From positions 29,521 to 93,520 of the forward strand of contig CAZWOC010000004.1 of assembly GCA_964635655.1 (NCBI GenBank): a stretch of 64,000 nucleotides of DNA. The letters run 5' to 3'. Position numbers and translations under genes: made by a program. Of the stretch, positions 18,595 to 28,194 are shown piece after piece. Every line of letters begins with the position of its first letter. Position 1 is the first letter of the stretch. Below the pieces are notes generated by a model, which searched no databases, was not told the origin of the DNA, and worked only from the letters and a program-made list of their open reading frames with translations. This stretch comes from an uncultured Rikenella sp. (GTDB lineage Bacteria; Bacteroidota; Bacteroidia; Bacteroidales; VadinHA17).

Positions 18595-19539
18595 TTATCT
18601 GCCGGGGACCCAGTCGTCATGGCGGGCGAAGACATTTTCAACGGTATACCTTTTTGCCTCCTTGCGGCTGAGCTGACGGCTCCACTGTACACGGGCTCCC
18701 GGGTTTGCTCCGGGGCCTGTGTTCAGGTATTCTGCATAACGGGAACTCAATTCATTGGAAGGATTATCCCAGTTGTGCCACCCTTCGGGCAGAATATGAC
18801 TGCCGAGTTCACACCTCATGAAGAGCGTTGCTGCAAACGGACGCCATGGCCTGCCAAGGTAAACCTTTTCTATTCCATCACCGGCAGTCAGACGGCAACG
18901 GTTGAAGACATATCCGAACTCGCAGTCCTCAACGGTGGATGCGGCTGTAACATATGAATTATTCTTGCTGTGAATATGACATCTCTCAAACCAGGCAGTG
19001 GCAGGACCAAAAATAAAATCAGTGGTCCCCTCTATGTAGCACTCCTCATAGTATTGCCTGCTGTCCTGGTTGGCAGTGAGAAGCGTATCCTGGTTGCCCA
19101 GCAGCCTGCAGCGCCGGAATACAGCCCTGTCACCGTCAGCATGCACTGCCACAGCCTGCCCCACCGGGCCGGCACTGTTTTCAAAGGTGATATCTTCGGC
19201 GGTGAATCCGGAACCCTGTATCCAGATTGTGTAAGTGCGGAATGTTCCCATATTGCGCAGGCCGGCATAATCATCCCAGGTAATGAAAGTCTTGTCAGCA
19301 CCCTCCCCTTTCATGAAGAGATTGGTAACCCACGAGGGAATGACAATCTTCTCCCGGTATACACCGGCATTGATGTGCATGTAGGTTGTGTCAGACATAT
19401 AAGCCCTGATGGAAAAGACCGCCTCCTGAACGGAGGTGAACTCACCGGTTCCGTCCGCGGCTACAGTGATGTGCCGGACCTGGCCAGTCATCAAAATTGA
19501 ATTTAATGACAGGGTTATAATGATTAATGCATATTTCAT
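18595..19539 (-). CDS. Pectin methylesterase (CE8)
   Basis: 314 aa with a signal peptide. CE8 blocks present: GVYREKI, GQAVAVHADGD, GNQDTLL, TDFIFG and YLGRPWRP. Confidence 0.9.
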   Translation of the reverse strand: MKYALIIITLSLNSILMTGQVRHITVAADGTGEFTSVQEAVFSIRAYMSDTTYMHINAGVYREKIVIPSWVTNLFMKGEGADKTFITWDDYAGLRNMGTFRTYTIWIQGSGFTAEDITFENSAGPVGQAVAVHADGDRAVFRRCRLLGNQDTLLTANQDSRQYYEECYIEGTTDFIFGPATAWFERCHIHSKNNSYVTAASTVEDCEFGYVFNRCRLTAGDGIEKVYLGRPWRPFAATLFMRCELGSHILPEGWHNWDNPSNELSSRYAEYLNTGPGANPGARVQWSRQLSRKEAKRYTVENVFARHDDWVPGR

Positions 19540-19619
19540 TATGATAAGATTTCAATTTCCAATGTAAATATATGATAATTCGCATTGTGTGAGGCCCTTT
19601 AGAGGCTTTCATAAGTTGT

Positions 19620-19638
19620 ATTGCATATAAAATGCAAT
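19620..19638. promoter_or_regulatory. Perfect palindrome ATTGCAT-N5-ATGCAAT upstream of the CE8 gene
   Basis: Read directly, about 80-100 bp upstream of the minus-strand start at 19539. Function unknown. Confidence 0.25.
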
Positions 19639-20337
19639 ATGACAATTTTATACGGGAAACTTGAAATCTTGAATTATTTGCAGTTAAATCAACCCATGAG
19701 TCTTGCTCTGCATTGAACCGGTTAAGAATGAGCATAACATTACATTGTTTTGTTCAGTCAAACCAGGAAAACCAAATCAGAGGACTGTAATCATATCTTC
19801 CTATATTAATGATATTTAATAACTTATGATTTTATAGCCGAATGACACGTGATTATTTTCTTATATAATTCCCCCGTTTGAATCTTGTCAATGGAATCAG
19901 CTGTTTTCTGTCACTTTTATTTCCGGATTCCCGCAATACTAAAGGTATTTTGGTATTTCATCAAGTATTTAAATGTGCTATTGCTAATTTAGCATCAGGT
20001 TTGGATAAGATCGGCTAAGAATTGACTATATTGACCCCCTACCTTTGGAGAGGTTCAAATACCAAAAGTGTAAAAAGTCACAAAATTGCTTTTACAATAG
20101 TATCAAAAGTGCAAAGGTATACCCGATGCAATGGATTTGACCTGATTTTTCGCATAATTATGTTACGACCATAATGATATAAACTCTTGCTTCGCTTTGG
20201 ACAGGTATTTGGAAGAAGATTAACACACTTAAAGCTTTCGGATAAAAGATAAAAAATGGATACAAAATGATTGCCGAAAAACCGAAAACCTTAATCAATA
20301 ATACCATATAGTTAATAAACTTAAGCTACCTAGAATT

Positions 20338-23300
20338 ATGAAAAAAAGAGGTAAAGATCTGCCAGAACCCTTACACAGAGCCTTGAGAGAGCGACGGGTA
20401 ATTTTAAGGAAGTTATCCTTAATATTATTTCTTGTTGCATCCATGGGTCTTGTTGCATCGGGTATGCCAGAAATCACGATTCCGGAATCCGGAGATGGTG
20501 ATAATGATGTGCCTGTTCTTCAACTACAAGTTCAGGAAAAAACAGTAAGTGGTATTGTTACGGATACCGACAAACAACCCATGCCTGGTGTTACTATCCA
20601 GGTGAAGGGTACAACAATTGGTACACTGACAGATGTGTCAGGGGCATACCAGCTAACTCATGTGCCACCTAATTCGGTTCTCGTTGTATCATTCATTGGA
20701 ATGGCCACCAGGGAAATACCGGTTGGTGACCAGACAGAAATAAATGTTACTCTGAGTGAATCTACGCTAAATCTTGAGGAAGTAGTCGTTATCGGGTACG
20801 GAACTCAAAGGAGGCAGGAAGTAACCGGAGCAGTTGGTTCTGTTAAGGAGGATAGTTTTAACAAAGGCGTAATATTGTCTCCTGAACAATTGCTGCAAGG
20901 GAAGGTATCAGGTGTTAATATTACATCACGAAGCGGTGAACCCGGGGAAGCACAGACAATAGTCATCAGGGGACCCGGATCAGTAAGATCCGGAAGTGGC
21001 CCTTTGTATGTCATTGACGGGGTACCTATAGACAACACTTCATCAACTCCTTCTGTATCATCTGCAATAGGAACAGCCGGGGATTCAAATCCGCTTAACT
21101 TCCTGAACCCGGCTGACATTGCATCAATTGACGTTCTGAAAGATGCATCCTCGACAGCAATATATGGTTCCAGGGGAGCAAACGGCGTTATAATGATAAC
21201 GACGAAGAAGGGCTCCACGAATGAACAGCTCAATTACAGTACAAGCCTGTCAGTTTCACAGGTTGCCTCAAAACTTAGCGTACTGTCTACCGAGGAGTTC
21301 ATTGACCTTACAACAAAATATGGTAATCCTGCAATCCTGCAAGATTATGATACAGATTGGCTCGACCAGATATACCGCACAGCTTTTTCACAGAATCACA
21401 ATTTATCGTTTGGCGGTGGTTCGGAAAAGTCAAAGTACTATGCCTCAATAAGCTACCTGGATCAGAAAGGTGTTGTTGAGAAATCAGAGATGAAAAGATA
21501 TACGGGGAAAATAAGTGCCGAACAAAAATTTCTCAATGACAATGTAAATATTAAGTTCAATCTTACAGCAAGTCATGTCTGGAATAACTCACCACCTTCA
21601 GGTGATGGCGGTAATGCTAATGGTGAGCTGTTTACAAATGCTCTGAATGCCAATCCAACTTATCCCACCCATAATCCTGACGGAACAATATACCAGTTTC
21701 CCGACGGGCTGAATCCGCTTATGCTGCTCGATTTGTATACGGACTTCAGAACCACTGACCGCGTACTTGGCAATGTAGAAGCCTCTGTGAACCTGTTCAA
21801 AGGCTTGCAATATAAAATAAATGTGGCCCTTGACAATTCACTAAGTGAAAGAATCGGCCAGAGCAAGGCACACAACATCCCTGATCTTGCGAACAATAAT
21901 GGTAGGCTTAGCCAGGGTAACGTCCAGAACGGAAACCAAATTGTTGAAAACTATCTTACCTATGCTCTTCAGAAGGAAAAGCACAAACTTGATCTGTTGC
22001 TGGGTCACTCCTACCAGAGGTTTAAATACCAGTCAAGAGGTTGGAGCATTAACGGTTTCTCAACCACTGAGATAGAGCCTTATTACAATCCTTCAATCGG
22101 AACAACCCTGGATATAGCAAATAACAGGCCGTCAGGAAGTGCTACAATCAATGAATTACAGTCTTTCTTTAGCAGGGCTAATTACAATTTTGACGGCAAA
22201 TATATTTTAACTGCAACAGCCAGGATGGACGGGTCTTCAAAATTTGGAGGCAACAACCGGTATGCATTCTTCCCTTCGTTCGGGGCAGCCTGGCGAATTT
22301 CTGAAGAGGCATTTATGGCTGATGCTGATGCTGTAAACAATCTTACTCTCCGATTCGGATGGGGATTAACCGGAAACCAGGAGATACCCCCAAAAATAAC
22401 CAAGGCACAATTGACGGTCAGTACCGGGAATGCTGTGGGTTATCCTCTTGATGGAGTTACTATTGCCCCGGGATACAGCTTTGTCAGAATACCAAATAAG
22501 GACATCAGGTGGGAAGTCTCCCGGCAGGCTAATGTGGGCCTTGACTTTTCATTATTCAATGACAGGTTGTATGGAACACTGGATGGTTTTGACAAACTGT
22601 CAACAGACATTCTTTGGGAAACAACAACCGCAATAGATCCGATAACTCCGACCGGTTCCAACTGGAACAATTATGACATGAAAATCATCAACAGAGGTCT
22701 TGAACTTGCATTGGGATTCAGGTCAGAATACAGTGAAACTTTCCAGTGGGACTTCGGAGGAAACATCTCGTACATTTATAATACGGTAAAAGACTTACCA
22801 GTGTCAATCCTTCGGACAGGTTCATTAAGTGGCCCCGGACTGACATCAGTTGAAGTTAACGGTTATATGAACGGCCATCCGGTTGGAACTTTCTATATAC
22901 TGGAATACCTTGGCCTTGATGAAGACGGATTTAGTATTTTCAGAGACGCAAAGCCTGACGGAATAATAAATGATGACGACAGGGTTGTTGCAGGTTCTGC
23001 ACTGCCAAAAATCCAATATAACCTCTACGGGAGTGTTACTTACAAGAAAGTAGGCCTGGTATTGAATTTCAACGGTGCCGCAGGAAACAAGATATATAAC
23101 GAAACGGAAAACGCATGGCTTACTTATCCGATATTCCTTGCCGGTAACAACGTATCCAAATACGTGCTTGATAATGCAAACGAAAATCCTCTCAACTCAT
23201 CTATACCCTCAACAAGGTATCTTTATGACGGAGACTTTTTCAGGTTGAACAATGCTACGATATCTTATAGTCTTAGTAATACTATCCTGAATATCAAAAA

Positions 23301-23472
23301 TATTAACGTCTATGTTACCGGACAGAATTTGTTCTTAATAACAAAATACCCCGGTAATGACCCTGAAGTTGATACACCAAAATCTTCAGGTGGATTCAGA
23401 TCTTACGGTATTGACTATACCAGCTATCCCAAGTCAAGGACTTACATCCTCGGTCTGAGTATAACATTCTAA
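20338..23472 (+). CDS. susC: SusC/RagA-family TonB-dependent transporter (PUL 2)
   Basis: 1044 aa. Contains VSGIVTDTDKQPMPGVTIQV, VVIGYGTQRRQEVTGAV, IDVLKDASSTAIYGSRGANGVIMITTKKG and a C-terminal ...LGLSITF. Followed by a SusD-like gene. Confidence 0.95.
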   Translation: MKKRGKDLPEPLHRALRERRVILRKLSLILFLVASMGLVASGMPEITIPESGDGDNDVPVLQLQVQEKTVSGIVTDTDKQPMPGVTIQVKGTTIGTLTDVSGAYQLTHVPPNSVLVVSFIGMATREIPVGDQTEINVTLSESTLNLEEVVVIGYGTQRRQEVTGAVGSVKEDSFNKGVILSPEQLLQGKVSGVNITSRSGEPGEAQTIVIRGPGSVRSGSGPLYVIDGVPIDNTSSTPSVSSAIGTAGDSNPLNFLNPADIASIDVLKDASSTAIYGSRGANGVIMITTKKGSTNEQLNYSTSLSVSQVASKLSVLSTEEFIDLTTKYGNPAILQDYDTDWLDQIYRTAFSQNHNLSFGGGSEKSKYYASISYLDQKGVVEKSEMKRYTGKISAEQKFLNDNVNIKFNLTASHVWNNSPPSGDGGNANGELFTNALNANPTYPTHNPDGTIYQFPDGLNPLMLLDLYTDFRTTDRVLGNVEASVNLFKGLQYKINVALDNSLSERIGQSKAHNIPDLANNNGRLSQGNVQNGNQIVENYLTYALQKEKHKLDLLLGHSYQRFKYQSRGWSINGFSTTEIEPYYNPSIGTTLDIANNRPSGSATINELQSFFSRANYNFDGKYILTATARMDGSSKFGGNNRYAFFPSFGAAWRISEEAFMADADAVNNLTLRFGWGLTGNQEIPPKITKAQLTVSTGNAVGYPLDGVTIAPGYSFVRIPNKDIRWEVSRQANVGLDFSLFNDRLYGTLDGFDKLSTDILWETTTAIDPITPTGSNWNNYDMKIINRGLELALGFRSEYSETFQWDFGGNISYIYNTVKDLPVSILRTGSLSGPGLTSVEVNGYMNGHPVGTFYILEYLGLDEDGFSIFRDAKPDGIINDDDRVVAGSALPKIQYNLYGSVTYKKVGLVLNFNGAAGNKIYNETENAWLTYPIFLAGNNVSKYVLDNANENPLNSSIPSTRYLYDGDFFRLNNATISYSLSNTILNIKNINVYVTGQNLFLITKYPGNDPEVDTPKSSGGFRSYGIDYTSYPKSRTYILGLSITF

Positions 23473-23483
23473 TAATCAAGATC

Positions 23484-25136
23484 ATGAAAAAAACAATAAT
23501 ATCACTTTTAGTTGTCTTTTCCACGCTGGTCGCATGCACTGACCTGAATGAGGAAGTACTGGACACAGCCCTTGGTGATAATCTCCTTGAGGGAGAAGGA
23601 GCTGCTGATGGTGTGATGGCTCCTGTATACGCCAGGATGTTCGAACTGTTTAATAATCAGGAACACTACTTCCTTTGTCAGGAAGTAACAACTGATGAGT
23701 GCATTGTTCCTTACAGAGGCGGAACCGACTGGTATAACGGTGGCAGGTTGATTGAAATGTATCAGCATACCTGGACTGCTAACCATAACAACATTCGTCT
23801 TGTATGGTCTGAGCTGGTTTCCGGGATTGCAAAAGGCCTGATCGTCGGGCAAACCCTTGGAACTGACCACCCTTATTCTTATGAAGCTCTTGGTATGGTT
23901 GCTTTCTATAATTCAGTCCTGCTGGACCTTTTCGGAGTAGCATTTGAGAAAGATCCCAATGACTTTAATACAGGAAACATGTCAAGAGTTTTAAGAGGGC
24001 AGGAAGCTGTTGATTATATTATTGGTATCCTTGATGAGATAGAACCTCATCTCAAGACCAAAACTCAACTCGGGGAAGCCGGATCAACACGTTTCTCCTT
24101 ATCAGCAGCACATGCTTTAAGAGCCAGACTTTTACTGAATAAAGCAGTTTATGTGAACCGGTATGCTGATAGTTTCGAGTTCGCTGATGCAGACATGGAT
24201 GATGTAATAGATTACTGTGACCTGGTAATCAACTCCGGAAATTACTCCCTGGAAACTGAAGACTACTTCTCTATTTTCGACGTAGATAATCATAATCACC
24301 CGGAAATAATCTTTGCTCTCGACCAGAGACTTGAGGCAAACGGAACGAACAGATTTGCATGGTTTACACTCTCAAGAAATACAATCGGCTCAATAACCTT
24401 CCGTTCAACAGGAACTGACGGAGGTTCATGTACAAGCGACTTCTACCATACATGGGATGGAAATCATAATGATCCGAGATTCTATAAGGAGATCATTCCA
24501 CAGGACGGATCAGTAACCTCATGTCCTGCATCTCAGTATGCCCTGAACAGAGGATTTCTTCAGGGTCAGCAGTATGGCATTGTCCTGAATGAAGCCGGCA
24601 CAGATGTCAAGAAAAACCAAGATGGTACTCTGGCAATTGAAATGCTGTATAACAAAGCTCGAACAGGCGAACCAATAAATTATACGATTGATGTGGACCT
24701 GGAAGTTCATAAAGGACATTCAGATGGCGTCAGAGTGTTAAAATATGAGTTTGACCCTGAATCATCAAAGAATACAATGGGCAGGGTTGACATTCCTCTG
24801 TTCAGGCTTGCTGACATTTACCTCATGAGAGCAGAAGCAAACCTGCGTAAAGGATTCCCCGGCCTGGCATTGGATGACGTAAATGCAGTAAGGCTGGCAA
24901 GAGGAGTCTCTCAGCTTTCTTCAATCACTCTCGATGATCTCTTCAGGGAGAGAGGATTCGAACTGTACTGGGAACAGGTGAGAAGAACTGACATGATCAG
25001 GTTCGGGAAATTTGAAAATTCATGGACCTCAAAAACCAATGCTGACAAAAACAGGAGAATCTTCCCGATCCCGCAGACTGTCATTGATGCTACCAGTTCA
25101 ATGCCTGACTACATCGTTCAGAATCCCGGGTATTGA
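23484..25136 (+). CDS. susD: SusD/RagB-family lipoprotein (PUL 2)
   Basis: 550 aa with a lipoprotein signal (STLVAC). SusD-like C-terminus (ERGFELYWEQVRRTDMIRF). Confidence 0.9.
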   Translation: MKKTIISLLVVFSTLVACTDLNEEVLDTALGDNLLEGEGAADGVMAPVYARMFELFNNQEHYFLCQEVTTDECIVPYRGGTDWYNGGRLIEMYQHTWTANHNNIRLVWSELVSGIAKGLIVGQTLGTDHPYSYEALGMVAFYNSVLLDLFGVAFEKDPNDFNTGNMSRVLRGQEAVDYIIGILDEIEPHLKTKTQLGEAGSTRFSLSAAHALRARLLLNKAVYVNRYADSFEFADADMDDVIDYCDLVINSGNYSLETEDYFSIFDVDNHNHPEIIFALDQRLEANGTNRFAWFTLSRNTIGSITFRSTGTDGGSCTSDFYHTWDGNHNDPRFYKEIIPQDGSVTSCPASQYALNRGFLQGQQYGIVLNEAGTDVKKNQDGTLAIEMLYNKARTGEPINYTIDVDLEVHKGHSDGVRVLKYEFDPESSKNTMGRVDIPLFRLADIYLMRAEANLRKGFPGLALDDVNAVRLARGVSQLSSITLDDLFRERGFELYWEQVRRTDMIRFGKFENSWTSKTNADKNRRIFPIPQTVIDATSSMPDYIVQNPGY

Positions 25137-25178
25137 TACGTATGATAAAAAGTATTCAAAATTCCTAATTTTCAAGTC

Positions 25179-26972
25179 ATGGCAAAAATGAGTCGAAAGA
25201 CTTTCATAAAACAAACTTCTCTGGCAGGCATTTTGGCAATGAGCCCGATGGGTATCGGAGTCCTGAACGGGCAAAAGAAGTCATCCTCAAAAAAGGATAT
25301 TGACGAGAACCTCCTTAAGCGTCTTGCTGAAGGTAATGATAAGCAGGCAGATTCAATACTGAAGATGTACAGCGAAAATCCGGAAAGTTCTTATGGCTAC
25401 AGAAACTATACCGCAAATTTCGCTGTATTATCCGCAGCTTATTGCTGTCAGTTGTCAAAGTATTACCAGAACAAGACTCTGATAGTTACAATGGAGTCTA
25501 TTGTTGATGATCTTCTGAAAAACCAGAATCCGGACGGAACAATGGATGCCGGTAATCTGCAATCTCCTCCTGACACTGCATTTATGATGGAGAACCTTAT
25601 AAAGGGGACACATATACTGCTTCAGGATAAATCCAAAGAGCTGAACAGTGTCAAGGAAAAATCAAAACTGTTTCTTACCAAAGCAGCAAATACAATTGCA
25701 GAGGGAGGTATACATACACCAAACCACAGGTGGGCAGTCAGCTCCGTTCTGGCAAATGTCAATGCTCTTTATCCTGATCAGAAATATGTTGACAGAGCCA
25801 ATGACTGGCTGGGAGAGAAACCTTTCATCGATAATGACGGTGAATATTGCGAACGCAGCAAGAATTACGCCAGGGTGAACAATTCTGCCTTCATTGAGAT
25901 CGGCAGACTGCTTGACAAACCGGAACTATTTGACCTCGTCCGTAAAAATCTTGATCTGACATACTATCAGATGGAGCCAAACGGAGAAGTTATTACAAAT
26001 AATTCCCGTAGACAGGATCAGTTCTCTATTCAGAGTATTATGGAGTCATACCTGTTCTACAGATATCTTGCTATCCATGACAATGATGGAAAGTTAGCAT
26101 CAGTCGCAAAGACAATCGAGGCGCTTGACGGATTTGAAGAAGCAATAATTGACAGGTCATTACCCAGTTTTATGCATGAACCGCTTCTGCAGAAATATCT
26201 GCCAGAACCTGTTCTCATTCCGGTTGACTATGAGAAGGTTTACACTGATTCATCTCTGGTCAGAATAAGAAGAGGTAACACCACTACTACCCTTTTCGGC
26301 GGTAATGACTGGCCTCTGATTATTGCTTCCGGCAGATCCCATATTCCAAATTTCTTTGCTTACAGGAAAGGAGAGGCTATCCTCAGGTATATGAGATACT
26401 CAACCAGATTCTTCAGCACCGGCTATTTCCGTAGCCAGGGCCTCCGCCAGGAGGGTGACAGGTACGTTTTATTCCAGAGACTGGAAGTACCTTATTATCA
26501 TCCACTCCCGGCTGAATACAGGAATCCGAATGGAGATTATAAGCACTCTCCTAGTATCGATGACAGATTCTGGAGTAAGATGGATTTCGAACACCGTCCA
26601 ACTACAATGAAAATCCTGGAAACAACGATATCACTGGAAGAGGAGAAAGGCAGGAGCGAGCTTACTTTCCTGACCACAGGATCGGATAAGGTCCCGGTTA
26701 CAATGGAACTTTGTTTCGATGCAAAAGGTAAACTGACAGGTGTGACCAAAGCCAGCAACGGTACTGACAACTATTTCCTCGAAGAAGGATACGGTAAGTA
26801 TCAGGCAGGAAATGATGTTATCGAGTTCGGACCTGGAATCGTTTCACACAGGAGCATTCAGGGCCTTGAAGGTGAAAAATACAGCACACACTCAGGGAAC
26901 CTGAGGACACCGGGCCTGCACGTTTACCTAACGGGAATTACTCCATTTGAACATAAAATTGTCTTCTTCTGA
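25179..26972 (+). CDS. Exported protein of unknown function; possibly an alpha-toroid plus beta-sandwich polysaccharide-lyase-like fold
   Basis: 597 aa. Twin-arginine-like n-region (SRKTFIK) plus a hydrophobic stretch. The N-terminal half looks helix-rich and contains HTPNHRW, reminiscent of the N-H-x-x-W catalytic motif of toroid lyases. The C-terminal half looks beta-rich. I could not recognise a family with confidence. Confidence 0.3.
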   Translation: MAKMSRKTFIKQTSLAGILAMSPMGIGVLNGQKKSSSKKDIDENLLKRLAEGNDKQADSILKMYSENPESSYGYRNYTANFAVLSAAYCCQLSKYYQNKTLIVTMESIVDDLLKNQNPDGTMDAGNLQSPPDTAFMMENLIKGTHILLQDKSKELNSVKEKSKLFLTKAANTIAEGGIHTPNHRWAVSSVLANVNALYPDQKYVDRANDWLGEKPFIDNDGEYCERSKNYARVNNSAFIEIGRLLDKPELFDLVRKNLDLTYYQMEPNGEVITNNSRRQDQFSIQSIMESYLFYRYLAIHDNDGKLASVAKTIEALDGFEEAIIDRSLPSFMHEPLLQKYLPEPVLIPVDYEKVYTDSSLVRIRRGNTTTTLFGGNDWPLIIASGRSHIPNFFAYRKGEAILRYMRYSTRFFSTGYFRSQGLRQEGDRYVLFQRLEVPYYHPLPAEYRNPNGDYKHSPSIDDRFWSKMDFEHRPTTMKILETTISLEEEKGRSELTFLTTGSDKVPVTMELCFDAKGKLTGVTKASNGTDNYFLEEGYGKYQAGNDVIEFGPGIVSHRSIQGLEGEKYSTHSGNLRTPGLHVYLTGITPFEHKIVFF

Positions 26973-27068
26973 CAGATTATTGAGGTTAGTCATTAATTAT
27001 GCAAATAAATGACGAATTGATGGGGGATATTATTTACTGATGTGGATCATATTTGTCAGAAGAATCCC

Positions 27069-27105
27069 TGAATGAGTGAGATCTGTGATCTCACTCATTC
27101 TTTTT
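27069..27105 (+). terminator. Rho-independent terminator after the 597-aa gene
   Basis: Perfect 14-bp stem GAATGAGTGAGATC / GATCTCACTCATTC with a 3-nt loop, followed by TTTTTT. Confidence 0.85.
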
Positions 27106-27120
27106 TATATCGCTTAAATA

Positions 27121-28008
27121 CTACCCGGTGACCACATGGTTACCATTTTTATATGCCGATACATATTCGGTGGGCGTTACTTTCATTATTCTCTTGAACT
27201 GGTAATTAAAATGTGAAAGGTTATTGTAACCGCTCTCATATGAAGCATTCGAGATTGCAACATTCTCTTCTATCATCAGCTTGCATGCGTGACCTATCCT
27301 GATTTCGTTCAGGAAAGCGAACAGGGTCTTGCTGGTGTGCTTTTTGAAATACCTGCATAACGCTGTAGGGCTCATGTTTACAATTTTGCTGATATCTTCC
27401 AGACTGATCGGCTGTGTGAAATTTGTGACAAGAAATTCATGTATCTTGTTAAAACGGTAAAAATCATACGAGTTTAGCAGCTTTGAATATCCCAGACTTG
27501 ACTGATAGCTGTATTCGGCTGAACCGGCCATTATATCCAGCAGCAAAATTAACTCTGTTATGCGGTGTATACCTTTTACCCTGAAGATCTTTAACATCTG
27601 CTTCCCCAGAACCTCCCTGGACTTTCCATTAAACCTGATCCCCCGCTTTGATTTCTCCAGTAAATCCTTTATCGGGCCCATCTCGGGAGTATTTATAAAA
27701 TCTGCACCGAATATATCCCTGTTAAACTGAATTATAAGAGCTTTTATACCTTCCTTTATTGTACCATTCATATATTTGACATGGCTTTTCCACCAATGCG
27801 GAACATTCTCACCTATAATCGTAATATCACCGGCATTAAAACTGTTAATGCAATCGCCGATGTAACTGGTGCCCGAACTCTTTACCACATAAAGAATCTC
27901 AATTTCAGGATGAAAATGCCAGGGTACTGTAAAATGTGGTTTTTCTTCATCAAATATTATAACAGACTGTGATGGTGGCGTTACCAGCTTCTGATAAAAA
28001 GGTTTCAT
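27121..28008 (-). CDS. AraC-family transcriptional regulator with an N-terminal cupin sensor domain
   Basis: 295 aa. N-terminal cupin-like block (WHFHPEIEILYV) and a C-terminal AraC HTH (GYNNLSHFNYQFKRIMKVTPTEY). Divergent from kdgK. Confidence 0.85.
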   Translation of the reverse strand: MKPFYQKLVTPPSQSVIIFDEEKPHFTVPWHFHPEIEILYVVKSSGTSYIGDCINSFNAGDITIIGENVPHWWKSHVKYMNGTIKEGIKALIIQFNRDIFGADFINTPEMGPIKDLLEKSKRGIRFNGKSREVLGKQMLKIFRVKGIHRITELILLLDIMAGSAEYSYQSSLGYSKLLNSYDFYRFNKIHEFLVTNFTQPISLEDISKIVNMSPTALCRYFKKHTSKTLFAFLNEIRIGHACKLMIEENVAISNASYESGYNNLSHFNYQFKRIMKVTPTEYVSAYKNGNHVVTG

Positions 28009-28136
28009 ATTTATTGATTATTTGCATGAATTTTCTGTTGCCTGACAGAAAGGCTAATATAACATTATATGTAGATAAAAAAGAGATAATCTTGTAAAAA
28101 AACATTAACTATTTTTATTTTGAATGATATTTAATG

Positions 28137-28164
28137 AGCTGTCACATGTAATGCACTGACAGCT
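28137..28164. promoter_or_regulatory. Inverted repeat AGCTGTCA-N12-TGACAGCT in the araC/kdgK divergent region
   Basis: Read directly. Related decamers TGCCTGACAG (28039-28048) and TGCCTGTCAG (28182-28191) flank it. Candidate operator. Confidence 0.3.
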
Positions 28165-28194
28165 AAAGATGTAGAACGAAATGCCTGTCAGAAG

